Source: Acidimicrobiales bacterium (GTDB lineage: Bacteria; Actinomycetota; Acidimicrobiia; Acidimicrobiales; Aldehydirespiratoraceae). Taken from it: a stretch of 64,000 bases of DNA. The stretch covers positions 3,038,307 through 3,102,306 of the forward strand of contig OZ220727.1 in the NCBI GenBank assembly GCA_965116865.1. The letters are read 5' to 3'. Of this stretch, positions 34,501 to 40,589 are shown one piece after another. Position numbers and translations under genes: made by a program. A model generated the notes under the pieces. The model made no database searches and was not told the DNA's origin. It was given only the letters and a program-made list of their open reading frames with translations. Numbering within the stretch: position 1 is the first letter of the stretch; each line of letters begins with the position of its first letter.

Positions 34501-36250
34501 GGTTGTTGTCGGCGTCGTCAAAGCCGCCGCCGGTGGAGTCGTGGGCGAGCGAGAGCGAGTCGGTGACAATGTTGTCGTCCTCGCCGGCGGTGACGGAGAC
34601 GGTCTGCCAGGTGTCCCATGCGGAGACGGCGAACGTTAAGGTCGTCGGGCTCACCGTCATGATGGAGCTGGCTGGAGGAGTGATCGCTACGGTCACATCG
34701 TCTGCGGGCTGTTTAGATAGTTGCACCTTGTAGTTGGCGGTGGAGCCCTCATCAACCTCGACCGGGTCAGGACTGAAAATCAGGCCATGGGTGCTGATAA
34801 CGATCGGTGCCTTGTTCCGTGAGAGTTCGGAGAAGCCGGTGTAGCCAGCCTCAGCTAGGGCCACATAGAAGATTTCACGACTTTCTGTAGGCTCATTTCC
34901 AGATACGTCGATTTCGATATTAGCGGACCCATTTGCCGTAGCGGTGCCAGCACCGTTGAACTTCTCGTAGCCGTAGATGATGTAATCTGTGATAGATCCG
35001 CCGGAGAAGAGCTCAGCGTGTCCATAATTGAAGTTCTCCATCGTCAGGCTCTGTGTATCGCTGAAAGACACATCCTGACTGAATCCAGGATCGGCTTGGG
35101 GGATCAGCGAATCTCCCGACACCAGCGCGCGCTGACCGCCGTCGTTGGAAGAGTGAAGAATGGCGACCACTGGCCAAGGAGCCGCGTCTCCGTTATTAGT
35201 CAGCGTGCATTCCGAGGTATCGCCCGGTGCTACTTCCGCTGGGCAGTTTAGCTGGAAGTCGCCGGAGTTGACTGTCACTGTGCTGGACATCGTAGCTCGG
35301 GTGACGTTCAGGGTGTATGTCGTCTGCGTGGTTCCGTCTTCTGCTGTGACCTCGACGACCAGGCTTGTTATGCCCACATCTATGGGTATTGCCGGGCTCT
35401 CTGTTTCGCTGGTGAGCGTGGCTACGGTCGTTCCGTTGATGCTCAAAGTAATGGTCTGTGCTTGACTGTGGGTAGGTGTGGCGGTCAGATAGACCTCTGT
35501 GATCGAATAATCGACAGACTGATTATATGTGCGCGGATCAGCGCTGGTGTCCAATGAAATCGGACTCGCGGAACCGTAGGTAAAGGTCAGTTCGCTCAGT
35601 GAACTGTCGGTGCTCTTGCTGTCCGAACTCGCGATGGTTATTGCCGTCTTGTTCAGAAAGAACCGGCCGGCTCCCGTGGCGTCGTTAGGGGCAAGTCCGA
35701 CGTAGAAGGTCTCGCTGTCTTCATAGTGGGAGTCGTCCACGACAGTGATCGGGATGGTCCGGGAGTCGTTGCCGTCGGCGTCGCCGGATGCGGGGGCTAC
35801 TCCGGACCAATCGAATCGAGAGATCCCGATGAGGTGCTCGCCTACCCAGATGAGCTCGCCCTCGACAGTCGGTTCGGGGGTGAGCGTGCCCCATTGGACA
35901 TCGACGGACCCGCCTCGTACCAGGGCTCTGTTCGAGTCTGTGGACAGGTGAAGCATGGCGACGGCGGGCCAGTTGGCCTCCGCGTCGCCGGTGTGGGTGA
36001 GGGTGCATTGGTGGGTCGTCCCTTCCTGCATGGTGGACGGGCACGCCAACGTGAAGTCGCCGGAGGAGACCTCGGCCAGGGAGTCCTCCGACTCTGGGGG
36101 GGAGGCGAGTTGCCAGGCGATCAGAGTTACCCACGCGGCCGGAGCGAGCATGACCAGCGCTCGCGCCGCGGTGCGAGCGGGCGAACGGCGCCAAGACCGC
36201 CCCCCGGCTGCCTCGTCTCGCACTGCCGCTGGCGCTTCGGGGTCGATCAT
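25523..36250 (-). CDS. Giant (3575-aa) SLH-anchored cell-surface protein with 25 Calx-beta-like repeats
   Basis: N-terminal Arg-rich region plus hydrophobic helix (RSWRRSPARTAARALVMLAPAAWVTLIAWQLA). Two Cys-containing Calx-beta-like modules (ending ...TIPITVVDDSHYEDSETFYVGL and ...EPTESREIFYVALAE) flank one cadherin-like beta-sandwich (SLSELTFTYGSASPISL...TYTLNVTRA). Repeat array. About 25 consecutive Pro. Three SLH domains. No convincing SD before the ATG at 36250, so the start is less certain than the gene. Confidence 0.88.
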   Translation of the reverse strand: MIDPEAPAAVRDEAAGGRSWRRSPARTAARALVMLAPAAWVTLIAWQLASPPESEDSLAEVSSGDFTLACPSTMQEGTTHQCTLTHTGDAEANWPAVAMLHLSTDSNRALVRGGSVDVQWGTLTPEPTVEGELIWVGEHLIGISRFDWSGVAPASGDADGNDSRTIPITVVDDSHYEDSETFYVGLAPNDATGAGRFFLNKTAITIASSDSKSTDSSLSELTFTYGSASPISLDTSADPRTYNQSVDYSITEVYLTATPTHSQAQTITLSINGTTVATLTSETESPAIPIDVGITSLVVEVTAEDGTTQTTYTLNVTRATMSSTVTVNSGDFQLNCPAEVAPGDTSECTLTNNGDAAPWPVVAILHSSNDGGQRALVSGDSLIPQADPGFSQDVSFSDTQSLTMENFNYGHAELFSGGSITDYIIYGYEKFNGAGTATANGSANIEIDVSGNEPTESREIFYVALAEAGYTGFSELSRNKAPIVISTHGLIFSPDPVEVDEGSTANYKVQLSKQPADDVTVAITPPASSIMTVSPTTLTFAVSAWDTWQTVSVTAGEDDNIVTDSLSLAHDSTGGGFDDADNNLVVTINDNDTPSLEFQPSSGVSVPEGSTAGYTVRLSGEPTAEVTVEIIPATSSIMTVSPTTLTFAVSAWDTWQTVSVTAAEDDDFSDNSIGLWHNASGGGFDSAGTHFYAESTDNDTQALKLSTSSLTVNEGFTNSYNVKLNGQPTGPVIVAVTGHADTDATLSSTSLTFAQAAWNTAQTVTVTASHDDDIANDTLTLTHTASGADFDTVTASMTVTVTDDDTAGLQFDPPAVTVTEGTNTTYGVRLSSQPADDVTVTVSALADNDLVLSTPTASSVSVSISEPVLSLTFTTSNWGTYQSVTVHADEDDDIADDTATLRHDTSGGDYDTTGNITVTITDNDTAGLKFDPTALSVTEGDSTTYAVRLSSQPADDVTVAITPPASSIMTVSSTTLTFAVSAWDTWQTVSVTAGEDDNIVTDSLSLAHDSTGGGFDDADNNLVVTINDNDTPSLEFQPSSGVSVPEGSTAGYTVRLSGEPTAEVTVEIIPATSSIMTVSPTTLTFAVSAWDTWQTVSVTAAEDDDFSDNSIGLRHNASGGGFDSADTHFYAESTDNDTQALKLSTSSLTVNEGFTNSYNVKLNGQPTGPVIVAVTGHADTDATLSSTSLTFTQAAWNTAQTVTVTASHDDDIANDTLTLTHTASGADFDTVTASMTVTVTDDDTAGLQFDPPAVTVTEGTNTTYGVRLSSQPADDVTVAITPPASSIMTVSSTTLTFAVSAWDTWQTVSVTAGEDDNIVTDSLSLAHDSTGGGFDDADNNLVVTINDNDTPSLEFQPSSGVSVPEGSTAGYTVRLSGEPTAEVTVEIIPATSSIMTVSPTTLTFAVSAWDTWQTVSVTAAEDDDFSDNSIGLRHNASGGGFDSADTHFYAESTDNDTQALKLSTSSLTVNEGFTNSYNVKLNGQPTGPVIVAVTGHADTDATLSSTSLTFAQAAWNTAQTVTVTASHDDDIANDTLTLTHTASGADFDTVTASMTVTVTDDDTAGLQFDPPAVTVTEGTNTTYGVRLSSQPADDVTVTVSALADNDLVLSTPTASSVSVSISEPVLSLTFTTSNWGTYQSVTVHADEDDDIADDTATLRHDTSGGDYDTTGNITVTITDNDTAGLQFNPPALSVTEGDSTTYAVRLSSQPADDVTVTVSALADNDLVLSTPTASSVSVSISEPVLSLTFTTSNWGTYQSVTVHADEDDDAVDDTATLRHDTSGGDYDTTGNITVTITDNDTAGLQFNPPALSVTEGDSTTYAVRLSSQPADAVTMTVSALADNDLVLSTPTASSVSVSISEPVLSLTFTTSNWNVFQTVTVHADEDDDAVDDTATLRHDTSGGDYDTTGNITVTITDSDTAGLQFNPPALSVTEGTNTAYTVRLSSQPADDVTMTVSALADNDLVLSTPTTSPVTVTTAGPVLSLTFTTNNWDTYQTVTVHADEDDDIADDTATLRHDTSGGDYDTTGNVIVTITDDDTAGLQFDPTAATVTEGTDSTYTVRLSAQPADAVTMTVSALADNDLVLSTPTASSVTVTTAGPVLSLTFTTNNWDTYQTVTVHADEDDDIADDTATLRHDTSGGGYDTTGNVIVTITDDDTAGLQFDPTAATVTEGTDSTYTVRLSAQPADAVTMTVSALADNDLVLSTPTASSVTVTTAGPVLSLTFTTNNWDTYQTVTVHADEDDDIADDTATLRHDTSGGGYDTTGNVIVTITDDDTAGLQFDPTAATVTEGTDSTYTVRLSAQPADAVTMTVSALADNDLVLSTPTASSVTVTTAGPVLSLTFTTNNWDTYQTVTVHADEDDDTADDTATLRHDTSGGDYDTTGNVIVTITDDDTAGLQFDPTAATVTEGTDTTYTVRLSSQPADDVTMTVSALADNDLVLSTPTTSPVTVTTAGPVLSLTFTTNNWDTYQTVTVHADEDDDTADDTATLRHDTSGGDYDTTGNVIVTITDDDTAGLQFDPTAATVTEGTDTTYTVRLSAQPADAVTMTVSALADNDLVLSTPTASSVTVTTAGPVLSLTFTTNNWDTYQTVTVHADEDDDTADDTATLRHDTSGGDYDTTGNVIVTITDDDTAGLQFDPTAATVTEGTDTTYTVRLSAQPADAVTMTVSALADNDLVLSTPTASSVTVTTAGPVLSLTFTTNNWDTYQTVTVHADEDDDTADDTATLRHDTSGGDYDTTGNVIVTITDDDTAGLQFDPTAATVTEGTDTTYTVRLSAQPADAVTMTVSALADNDLVLSTPTASSVTVTTAGPVLSLTFTTNNWDTYQTVTVHADEDDDTADDTATLRHDTSGGDYDTTGNVIVTITDDDTAGLQFDPTAATVTEGTDTTYTVRLSAQPADAVTMTVSALADNDLVLSTPTASSVTVTTAGPVLSLTFTTNNWDTYQTVTVHADEDDDTADDTATLRHDTSGGDYDTTGNVIVTITDDDTAGLQFDPTAATVTEGTDTTYTVRLSAQPADAVTMTVSALADNDLVLSTPTASSVTVTTAGPVLSLTFTTNNWDTYQTVTVHADEDDDTADDTATLRHDTSGGDYDTTGNVIVTITDDDTAGLQFDPTAATVTEGTDTTYTVRLSAQPADAVTMTVSALADNDLVLSTPTASSVTVTTAGPVLSLTFTTNNWDTYQTVTVHADEDDDTADDTATLRHDTSGGDYDTTGNVIVTITDDDTAGLQFDPTAATVTEGTDSTYTVRLSAQPADAVTMTVSALADNDLVLSTPTASSVTVTAAGPVLSLTFTTNNWDTYQTVTVHADEDDDIVDDTATLRHDTSGGGYDTTGNVIVTITDDDTAPPPPPPPPPPPPPPPPPPPPPPPPPSAQEDPAPQPPPPPPQFAGFADVDIASAHATAIEMMFHNGITHGCGTNPLRYCPDLPVTRAQMASLLSRTLGLAGAPQPAGFVDVDPESPHAAAIDALHHNDVTKGCGTNPLRYCPDLPVTRAQMASLLSRTLGLAGAPQPAGFVDVDPESPHAAAIDAMRHNGITRGCGTDPLRYCPHQHVTRAQMASFLRHALNLDTTA
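25526..26084 (-). other. Three tandem SLH domains, C-terminus of giant gene 2
   Basis: FADVDIASAHATAIEMMFHNGITHGCGTNPLRYCPDLPVTRAQMASLLSRTLG and two further copies. The last 32+ nt of conserved core (CCGTTGCGCTACTGCCCGCACCAGCATGTCAC) are identical to gene 1. Confidence 0.85.
26129..26203 (-). repeat. (CCG/CCT)n proline-codon tract, about 25 consecutive Pro codons by my count
   Basis: The plus strand reads cgg/agg triplets without interruption from 26129 to 26203. Confidence 0.9.
26215..34798 (-). repeat. In-frame coding tandem array of 25 units, protein order [A-B-C-D][A-B-C][A-B-C] then 15 D units of exactly 357 bp
   Basis: Off-frame plus-strand ORFs recur exactly every 357 bp at 26343, 26700 ... 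30270, 30984 and 31341. Larger periodicities of 957 and 1314 bp appear at 31914/32871/34185. D-unit consensus AGLQFDPTAATVTEGTDTTYTVRLSAQPADAVTMTVSALADNDLVLSTPTASSVTVTTAGPVLSLTFTTNNWDTYQTVTVHADEDDDTADDTATLRHDTSGGDYDTTGNVIVTITDDDT. Confidence 0.95.
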
Positions 36251-36329
36251 CTAGGCGAGGGACGCGGAGCTAGGCATCGAGGGCGGTGTCAGCGCGGCGC
36301 GGTCGAGGTCGTGCATGCCCGCCTCGGTG

Positions 36330-36922
36330 TCTGCGCTGCGGATAGCGGCACAGGTGCCTTCCGCGAATTCGAATGCATTTTGGCGATGTTTCCGACATTT
36401 TCGATGAAATAGCAGGTCAGGCAAAACTTTGACTCCTTTGTTTCGTGCCATTCCGCTGCGAGGTGCGACTCAAGCCCGAAGAACTTCCACGTAGTATACC
36501 TATAGCGTGCCCGACTGCGACGACTATCCGGACCGGAACCGCGACCGGTTCGCATGCCTGTTCCTCGGGGAGAAGCTGCCGGACGAGGCCGATCGGCCCG
36601 TGACGACCATGTAATCACGGTGGAGATCACCGAGTTATGCGACCGTGCTGCCAGCGACCGTGAATTCACAGTCACCAAAGGAGTCGAATGGACTCCCCGC
36701 GTGTACCTGACCTATGTCAAAGTGGACGGCCTGCACGATGACTTAATCCCAAGCGTCATCTTGGAACAAGTAGGTATCGGCCACGTTCCCGCCTGGCTGA
36801 GGTTCAGTTCATTGGGTTGGGGCAGCCCCGACACGGAACCCGCGACACGGGCGCATGTGGACTATGTCCGCGTGTTCCAGCCGGAGAATCTCTACGCCGA
36901 CATGGAGCCTGTCTACCAGTAG
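36330..36922 (+). pseudogene. Possible glycoside-hydrolase family 16 / concanavalin-like remnant (frameshifted, N-terminally truncated)
   Basis: The 122-aa ORF 36554-36922 ends ...EFTVTKGVEWTPRVYLTYVKVDG...TRAHVDYVRVFQPENLY, resembling the GH16 C-terminal strands (FHxYxxEWTPxxIxxYVDG ... VDYVRVY). Upstream frames show decayed AMFPTFSM / SDIFDEIAGQ. Locally lower GC. Confidence 0.35.
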
Positions 36923-36959
36923 CAGCACCGGCGCCCACCCGCCTGAATGCGCTGCCTGG

Positions 36960-38108
36960 CTAGCTGAGAGCCTGGTCGAGGTCGGCCAGGAGGTCATCGA
37001 TGGTCTCGATGCCGACGGAGAGGCGGATCAGTCCGGGGTCGACAGCCAGAGGGGAGTCGGCCACCGAGAGATGCGTCATGGTGGACGGCTGCTCGATGAG
37101 CGACTCCACCGCGCCCAGCGACTCGGCCAGCCGGAAGACCCGGGTGGAGCCAGCCGCGGCCGCCGCGGCGGGCTCGCCGCCGGCGAGGATGCACGACACC
37201 ATCCCGCCGAAGCCGCGCATCTGGCGTGCCGCCAGATCGTGGCCCGGATGGTCCGGCAGGCCCGGGTACAGAACGCGGGCCACTCCAGGGTGGTCGTCAA
37301 GGTACACGGCCACTGCCTGCGCGTTGGCACAGTGGCGGTCCATGCGGACGCCCAAGGTCTTGACGCCCCGCAGCAGCAGATAGCAGTCGAACGGGCCAGG
37401 CACCGCGCCCGCCGCGTTCTGGACGAAGGCCAGCTGTTCGGCCAGCTGGTCGTCGTTGGTGGCTACGAACCCGCCGACCACGTCGGAGTGGCCGCCCAGG
37501 TACTTGGTGCTGGAGTGGACCACGGCGTCGGCGCCCGCCGCCAGCGGGTTCTGCAGGTAGGGGGTGGCGAAGGTGTTGTCGACGATCAGCACGGCGCCCG
37601 CGGCGTGGGCCGCCTCGGCCGTCGCAGCGATGTCGACCACGGACAAGTTGGGGTTGGTCGGCGTCTCGACCCACACCTGCCGGGTCTCGGGCCGCAGCGC
37701 GCCGGCCAAGGCCGCGGGGTCGGTCAGGTCCACCGCCGACCAGGCGACGCCCCGCTGGCCGTGGATGCGGGCGATCAGCCGGAACGTTCCGCCGTAGGCG
37801 TCGAGGCCGAGCACCACGTGGTCGCCCGGGTGCAGCAGGCCCGCCAGCGCGTTCTCGGCGGCCATGCCGCTCGCGAACGCGAACCCGTGCCTCGCCCCCT
37901 CCAGCCCTGCCAAGCTGCGCTCCAGCGCGGCCCGTGTGGGGTTCGACGTGCGGGAGTACTCGTAGCCCCGGTGCTTCCCCGGCGCGTGCTGCACGAAGGT
38001 GGTGGCCAGGTGGACGGGCACGGTTATCGCCCCGGTGGCCTCGTCGGGCTCCTGGCCGACGTGGACGGCCCTGGTCTCGAACCCCCAGGTGTCGTCGCGC
38101 CCGCTCAC
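36960..38108 (-). CDS. Cystathionine gamma-lyase/gamma-synthase family PLP enzyme (Cys/Met metabolism)
   Basis: GTG at 38108 overlaps the CBS stop (GTGA). ETRAVHVG..., YSRTSNPTRAALE, PLP-lysine motif SSTKYLGGHSD, ...LIRLSVGIE. The upstream 374 codons of the 756-aa ORF-track entry run out of frame across CBS and are rejected. Confidence 0.88.
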   Translation of the reverse strand: MSGRDDTWGFETRAVHVGQEPDEATGAITVPVHLATTFVQHAPGKHRGYEYSRTSNPTRAALERSLAGLEGARHGFAFASGMAAENALAGLLHPGDHVVLGLDAYGGTFRLIARIHGQRGVAWSAVDLTDPAALAGALRPETRQVWVETPTNPNLSVVDIAATAEAAHAAGAVLIVDNTFATPYLQNPLAAGADAVVHSSTKYLGGHSDVVGGFVATNDDQLAEQLAFVQNAAGAVPGPFDCYLLLRGVKTLGVRMDRHCANAQAVAVYLDDHPGVARVLYPGLPDHPGHDLAARQMRGFGGMVSCILAGGEPAAAAAAGSTRVFRLAESLGAVESLIEQPSTMTHLSVADSPLAVDPGLIRLSVGIETIDDLLADLDQALS

Positions 38109-39496
38109 GGGCCCGACCCGTCGCCGATGGCGTCGCCCGACCCCGATGACAGGTAGCTGAGCACGTCGGTACTGGAGACAACCGCCCGGGGCCGGCCGCC
38201 GTCGAGCACCAGCAGCGCTGGCGACCGCTCCAGCTTCGTCACCGCCAGCGCTACCGGCTCGCCGATGCCGATCTGTTCCAGCGGCCTGCTCATCACGCTC
38301 TCCACCGGCCGGCCGAGCAGGTCGCCGTCGAAGGCCAGGGCCATCAGCTGCAGCTCGTGGACCGATCCCATCACCTCGGCCGCGGCCAGCGGCATCTCGC
38401 CCTTGGCCACGGGAAGCTGGCTCAGTCCGTTCTCGCGCATGCGGGTGACGGCCAGGCTCACCGGGTCGTCGGGGTTCACGTACACCAGCGGGGGGAGCGC
38501 GCCCGCCTTCGCGTCGAGCACGTCCTTCACGCAGGGATGCTCGCCGATCAGGAACCCGTGCGACGCCATCCACTCGTCGTTGAACACTTTCGACAGGTAG
38601 CCCCGGCCGGAGTCGGGCAGCAGCAGCACCACCACGTCGTCGGGTCCGCAGTCTCGGGCCAGCTCGGCGGCGGCGCACACAGCGGTCCCTCCCGAGCCTC
38701 CGATCAGCAGGCCCTCGCGGCGTGAGACCAGCCGGGCCATGTCGAAGGAGGCCTGGTCGGACACGGCGATCACGCGGTCCACCACCTCGGGGTGGTAGGT
38801 CTCGGGCCAGAAGTCCTCGCCGATGCCCTCCACCTGGTAGGGCCGCCCGGACCCGCCGCTGAACACCGAGCCGGCCGGGTCGGCCGCCACGACCTGCACT
38901 GACGGGTTGCACCGCTTGAGGTAGCGGCCCGCCCCGCTGATGGTGCCCCCGGTGCCCGGCCCGGCCACGAAATGGGTGATGCGGCCGCCGGTCTGGCGCC
39001 AGAGCTCGGGTCCGGTCGTCTTCTCGTGGGCGAGGGGGTTCTCCTGGTTGAAGTACTGGTTGGGCCGGTAGGCGCCCGGCGTGGAGGCCATGAGCCGCTC
39101 GGCGGTGGAGTAGTAGGAGTCGGGGTCCTCGGGCGCCACCGCCACGGGGCACACCACCACCTCGGCGCCGTAGGCCCGCAGCAGTTGCACCTTCTCTGCG
39201 CTCACCTTGTCGGTCATCACGAAGACGCACCGGTAGCCCCGCTGGGCGCCGACCATCGCCAGGCCGACACCGGTGTTGCCCGAAGTGGGCTCGATGATCG
39301 TTCCGCCCGGCTCGAGCAGCCCGTCGCGCTCTGCCCCGTCGATCATCGCGACAGCTATGCGGTCCTTGACGCTGCCGCCGGGGTTGAGCATCTCGAGCTT
39401 GGCCAGCACGTCGCAGCGAGCCTCGGGTATCGCCCGCTGCATCCGCACCAGCGGCGTGTTCCCCACGAGGTTGAGGACGGAGTCGGCGACCTCCAC
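38105..39496 (-). CDS. cbs: Cystathionine beta-synthase (PLP fold-type II domain plus tandem CBS domains)
   Basis: 463 aa. LVGNTPLV, PLP-lysine context NPGGSVKDR, TSGNTGVGLA, GTGGTISG. The C-terminal ~130 aa have two CBS-pair-like segments. Forms an operon with the gamma-lyase, consistent with reverse transsulfuration. Confidence 0.85.
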   Translation of the reverse strand: MEVADSVLNLVGNTPLVRMQRAIPEARCDVLAKLEMLNPGGSVKDRIAVAMIDGAERDGLLEPGGTIIEPTSGNTGVGLAMVGAQRGYRCVFVMTDKVSAEKVQLLRAYGAEVVVCPVAVAPEDPDSYYSTAERLMASTPGAYRPNQYFNQENPLAHEKTTGPELWRQTGGRITHFVAGPGTGGTISGAGRYLKRCNPSVQVVAADPAGSVFSGGSGRPYQVEGIGEDFWPETYHPEVVDRVIAVSDQASFDMARLVSRREGLLIGGSGGTAVCAAAELARDCGPDDVVVLLLPDSGRGYLSKVFNDEWMASHGFLIGEHPCVKDVLDAKAGALPPLVYVNPDDPVSLAVTRMRENGLSQLPVAKGEMPLAAAEVMGSVHELQLMALAFDGDLLGRPVESVMSRPLEQIGIGEPVALAVTKLERSPALLVLDGGRPRAVVSSTDVLSYLSSGSGDAIGDGSGP

Positions 39497-39584
39497 GCCC
39501 GGAAGGCTATCGGGCTCGGTCGTCCCGGCGCTCCCGCTGCAGCCCCCTTCAGCAATGTTGTTCTAGCGATCTATCCTAGACTAA

Positions 39585-39720
39585 GAGCAAGCGCAAATAG
39601 GTGAGAGTCTGTGGTGTCGCTGCGGTGTCATTCCCGCTCTTGTTCGCTGCGCTCACGGGCCGCTCGGGCCACGGCCTCGCCTGTATGGGCCGCGTCGCTC
39701 CCGCCTATTCGCTCGGCCTC
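39585..39720 (+). mobile_element. MITE-like element, copy 2 (136 bp)
   Basis: Termini GAGCAAGCGCAAATAGGTGAGAG ... CTCCCGCCTATTCGCTCGGCCTC (16/23 complementary). Flanked by TAA at 39582-39584 and 39721-39723. A paralogous uninterrupted target lies at 39782-39834. Confidence 0.8.
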
Positions 39721-39740
39721 TAAAATAACCGGCCGAATCG

Positions 39741-39776
39741 GGGGCCGCTATTTTAGTGGACTTGAATAGCGGCCCC
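39741..39776. other. Perfect 12-bp-stem hairpin (GGGGCCGCTATT N12 AATAGCGGCCCC)
   Basis: Seen directly. Lies between the filled and empty copies of the duplicated target sequence. No U-tract on either strand adjacent to a convergent gene, so it is not called as a terminator. Confidence 0.6.
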
Positions 39777-39781
39777 GTTCC

Positions 39782-39834
39782 AGCGATGTTGTTCTAGCAA
39801 TCTACTATTGACTAAAATAACTGGCCGAATCGGG
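39782..39834 (+). repeat. Paralogous empty site of MITE copy 2
   Basis: agcgatgttgttctagcaatctactattgacTAAaataactggccgaatcggg corresponds to 39551-39584 plus 39721-39745 (agcaatgttgttctagcgatctatcctagacTAA[element]TAAaataaccggccgaatcggg), with a single TAA. Confidence 0.8.
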
Positions 39835-39876
39835 CTTCGCGATTCTAGGATGGGCTGGAACATCGGCCGGCATTCA

Positions 39877-39918
39877 GCGGCAAGGAGAAGGCGGCAAGGA
39901 GAAGGGGGCAAGGAGAAG
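39877..39918 (+). repeat. 14-bp tandem repeat x3, each unit containing an SD-like AAGGAG
   Basis: gcggcaaggagaag gcggcaaggagaag ggggcaaggagaag, immediately upstream of the Fic-remnant ATG (39929). Confidence 0.85.
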
Positions 39919-39928
39919 GGAAGGACGG

Positions 39929-40304
39929 ATGGAACCCACCCGAGCCGGGCACTTCCGTCGGCAGCTCAGCGGTTACGAGGCGTTCGTGCCCAAGCCGCTT
40001 CCGCCCGACCCGCCGCTGCAGTGGGACACTCGCCTGGTCAGGCTGCTGTCAGACGCCACGGTGGCGCTGGGCCGCCTGGACGGGATGGCCGGCAGCCTCT
40101 CGAACCCCGACCTGTTCGTGGCGTCCTATGTCCGGCGCGAGGCGGTGCTCAGCCCTCGGCTCGTCGCCCGCGACCGTCGGCCGCCTGCTCGACGCGCTGG
40201 TCTCTGAGGGAATCATCGAGGAGATAACCGGCCGAAGGCGCGACCGCGTCTACCGGTACTCGCCGTTCCTCGACGTGCTCTCGGACGACGCCGAACCCGC
40301 CTAG
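39929..40304 (+). pseudogene. Fic/DOC-family protein remnant (Fic_N region fused out of frame to the C-terminal winged-helix; catalytic core deleted)
   Basis: The N-terminal ORF (GHFRRQLSGYEAFVPKPLPPDPPLQWDTRLVRLLSDATVALGRLDGMAGSLSNPDLFVASYVRREAVLS) matches the Fic N-terminal domain pattern. A different frame from about 40148 gives SSPATVGRLLDALVSEGIIEEITGRRRDRVYRYSPFLDVL. No HPFxxGNGR motif anywhere between. Confidence 0.6.
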
Positions 40305-40589
40305 ACGCCGCTGGCCTGCTGGCCAACGGCGCTCGGCCTTGGCCGAGCACGTGGCTCAGGTCGGTCAGCGGGCCGTCTTGTGGGCTCTCGAGAGCCGCGC
40401 CGTCGGTGATGACGGCCAGATGCACTCGGGTCTGAAGCTCCAAGGAGTCGAAGCGCTCGCCGGCGGAGTCTCCAACGGACGGCTCACGAGGGGATCAATC
40501 CACTGGCGGCAGGCACCCGCCGAACGTTACCGGAGGGCCGTCGCGACAGGCGTCCGGCGGTGTCGGTCGTCGGCAGTAGGGTGGCCTTG

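Noticed and set aside
38109-39230. N-terminal extension of the 756-aa minus ORF over the CBS gene
   Set aside because: It is out of frame with CBS and Arg/Gly-rich. The gamma-lyase starts at a GTG overlapping the CBS stop.
39741-39776. The 12-bp-stem hairpin as an intrinsic terminator
   Set aside because: It lies in a divergent intergenic region, so no gene reads into it from either side. It also has no adjacent U-tract in the relevant orientation.
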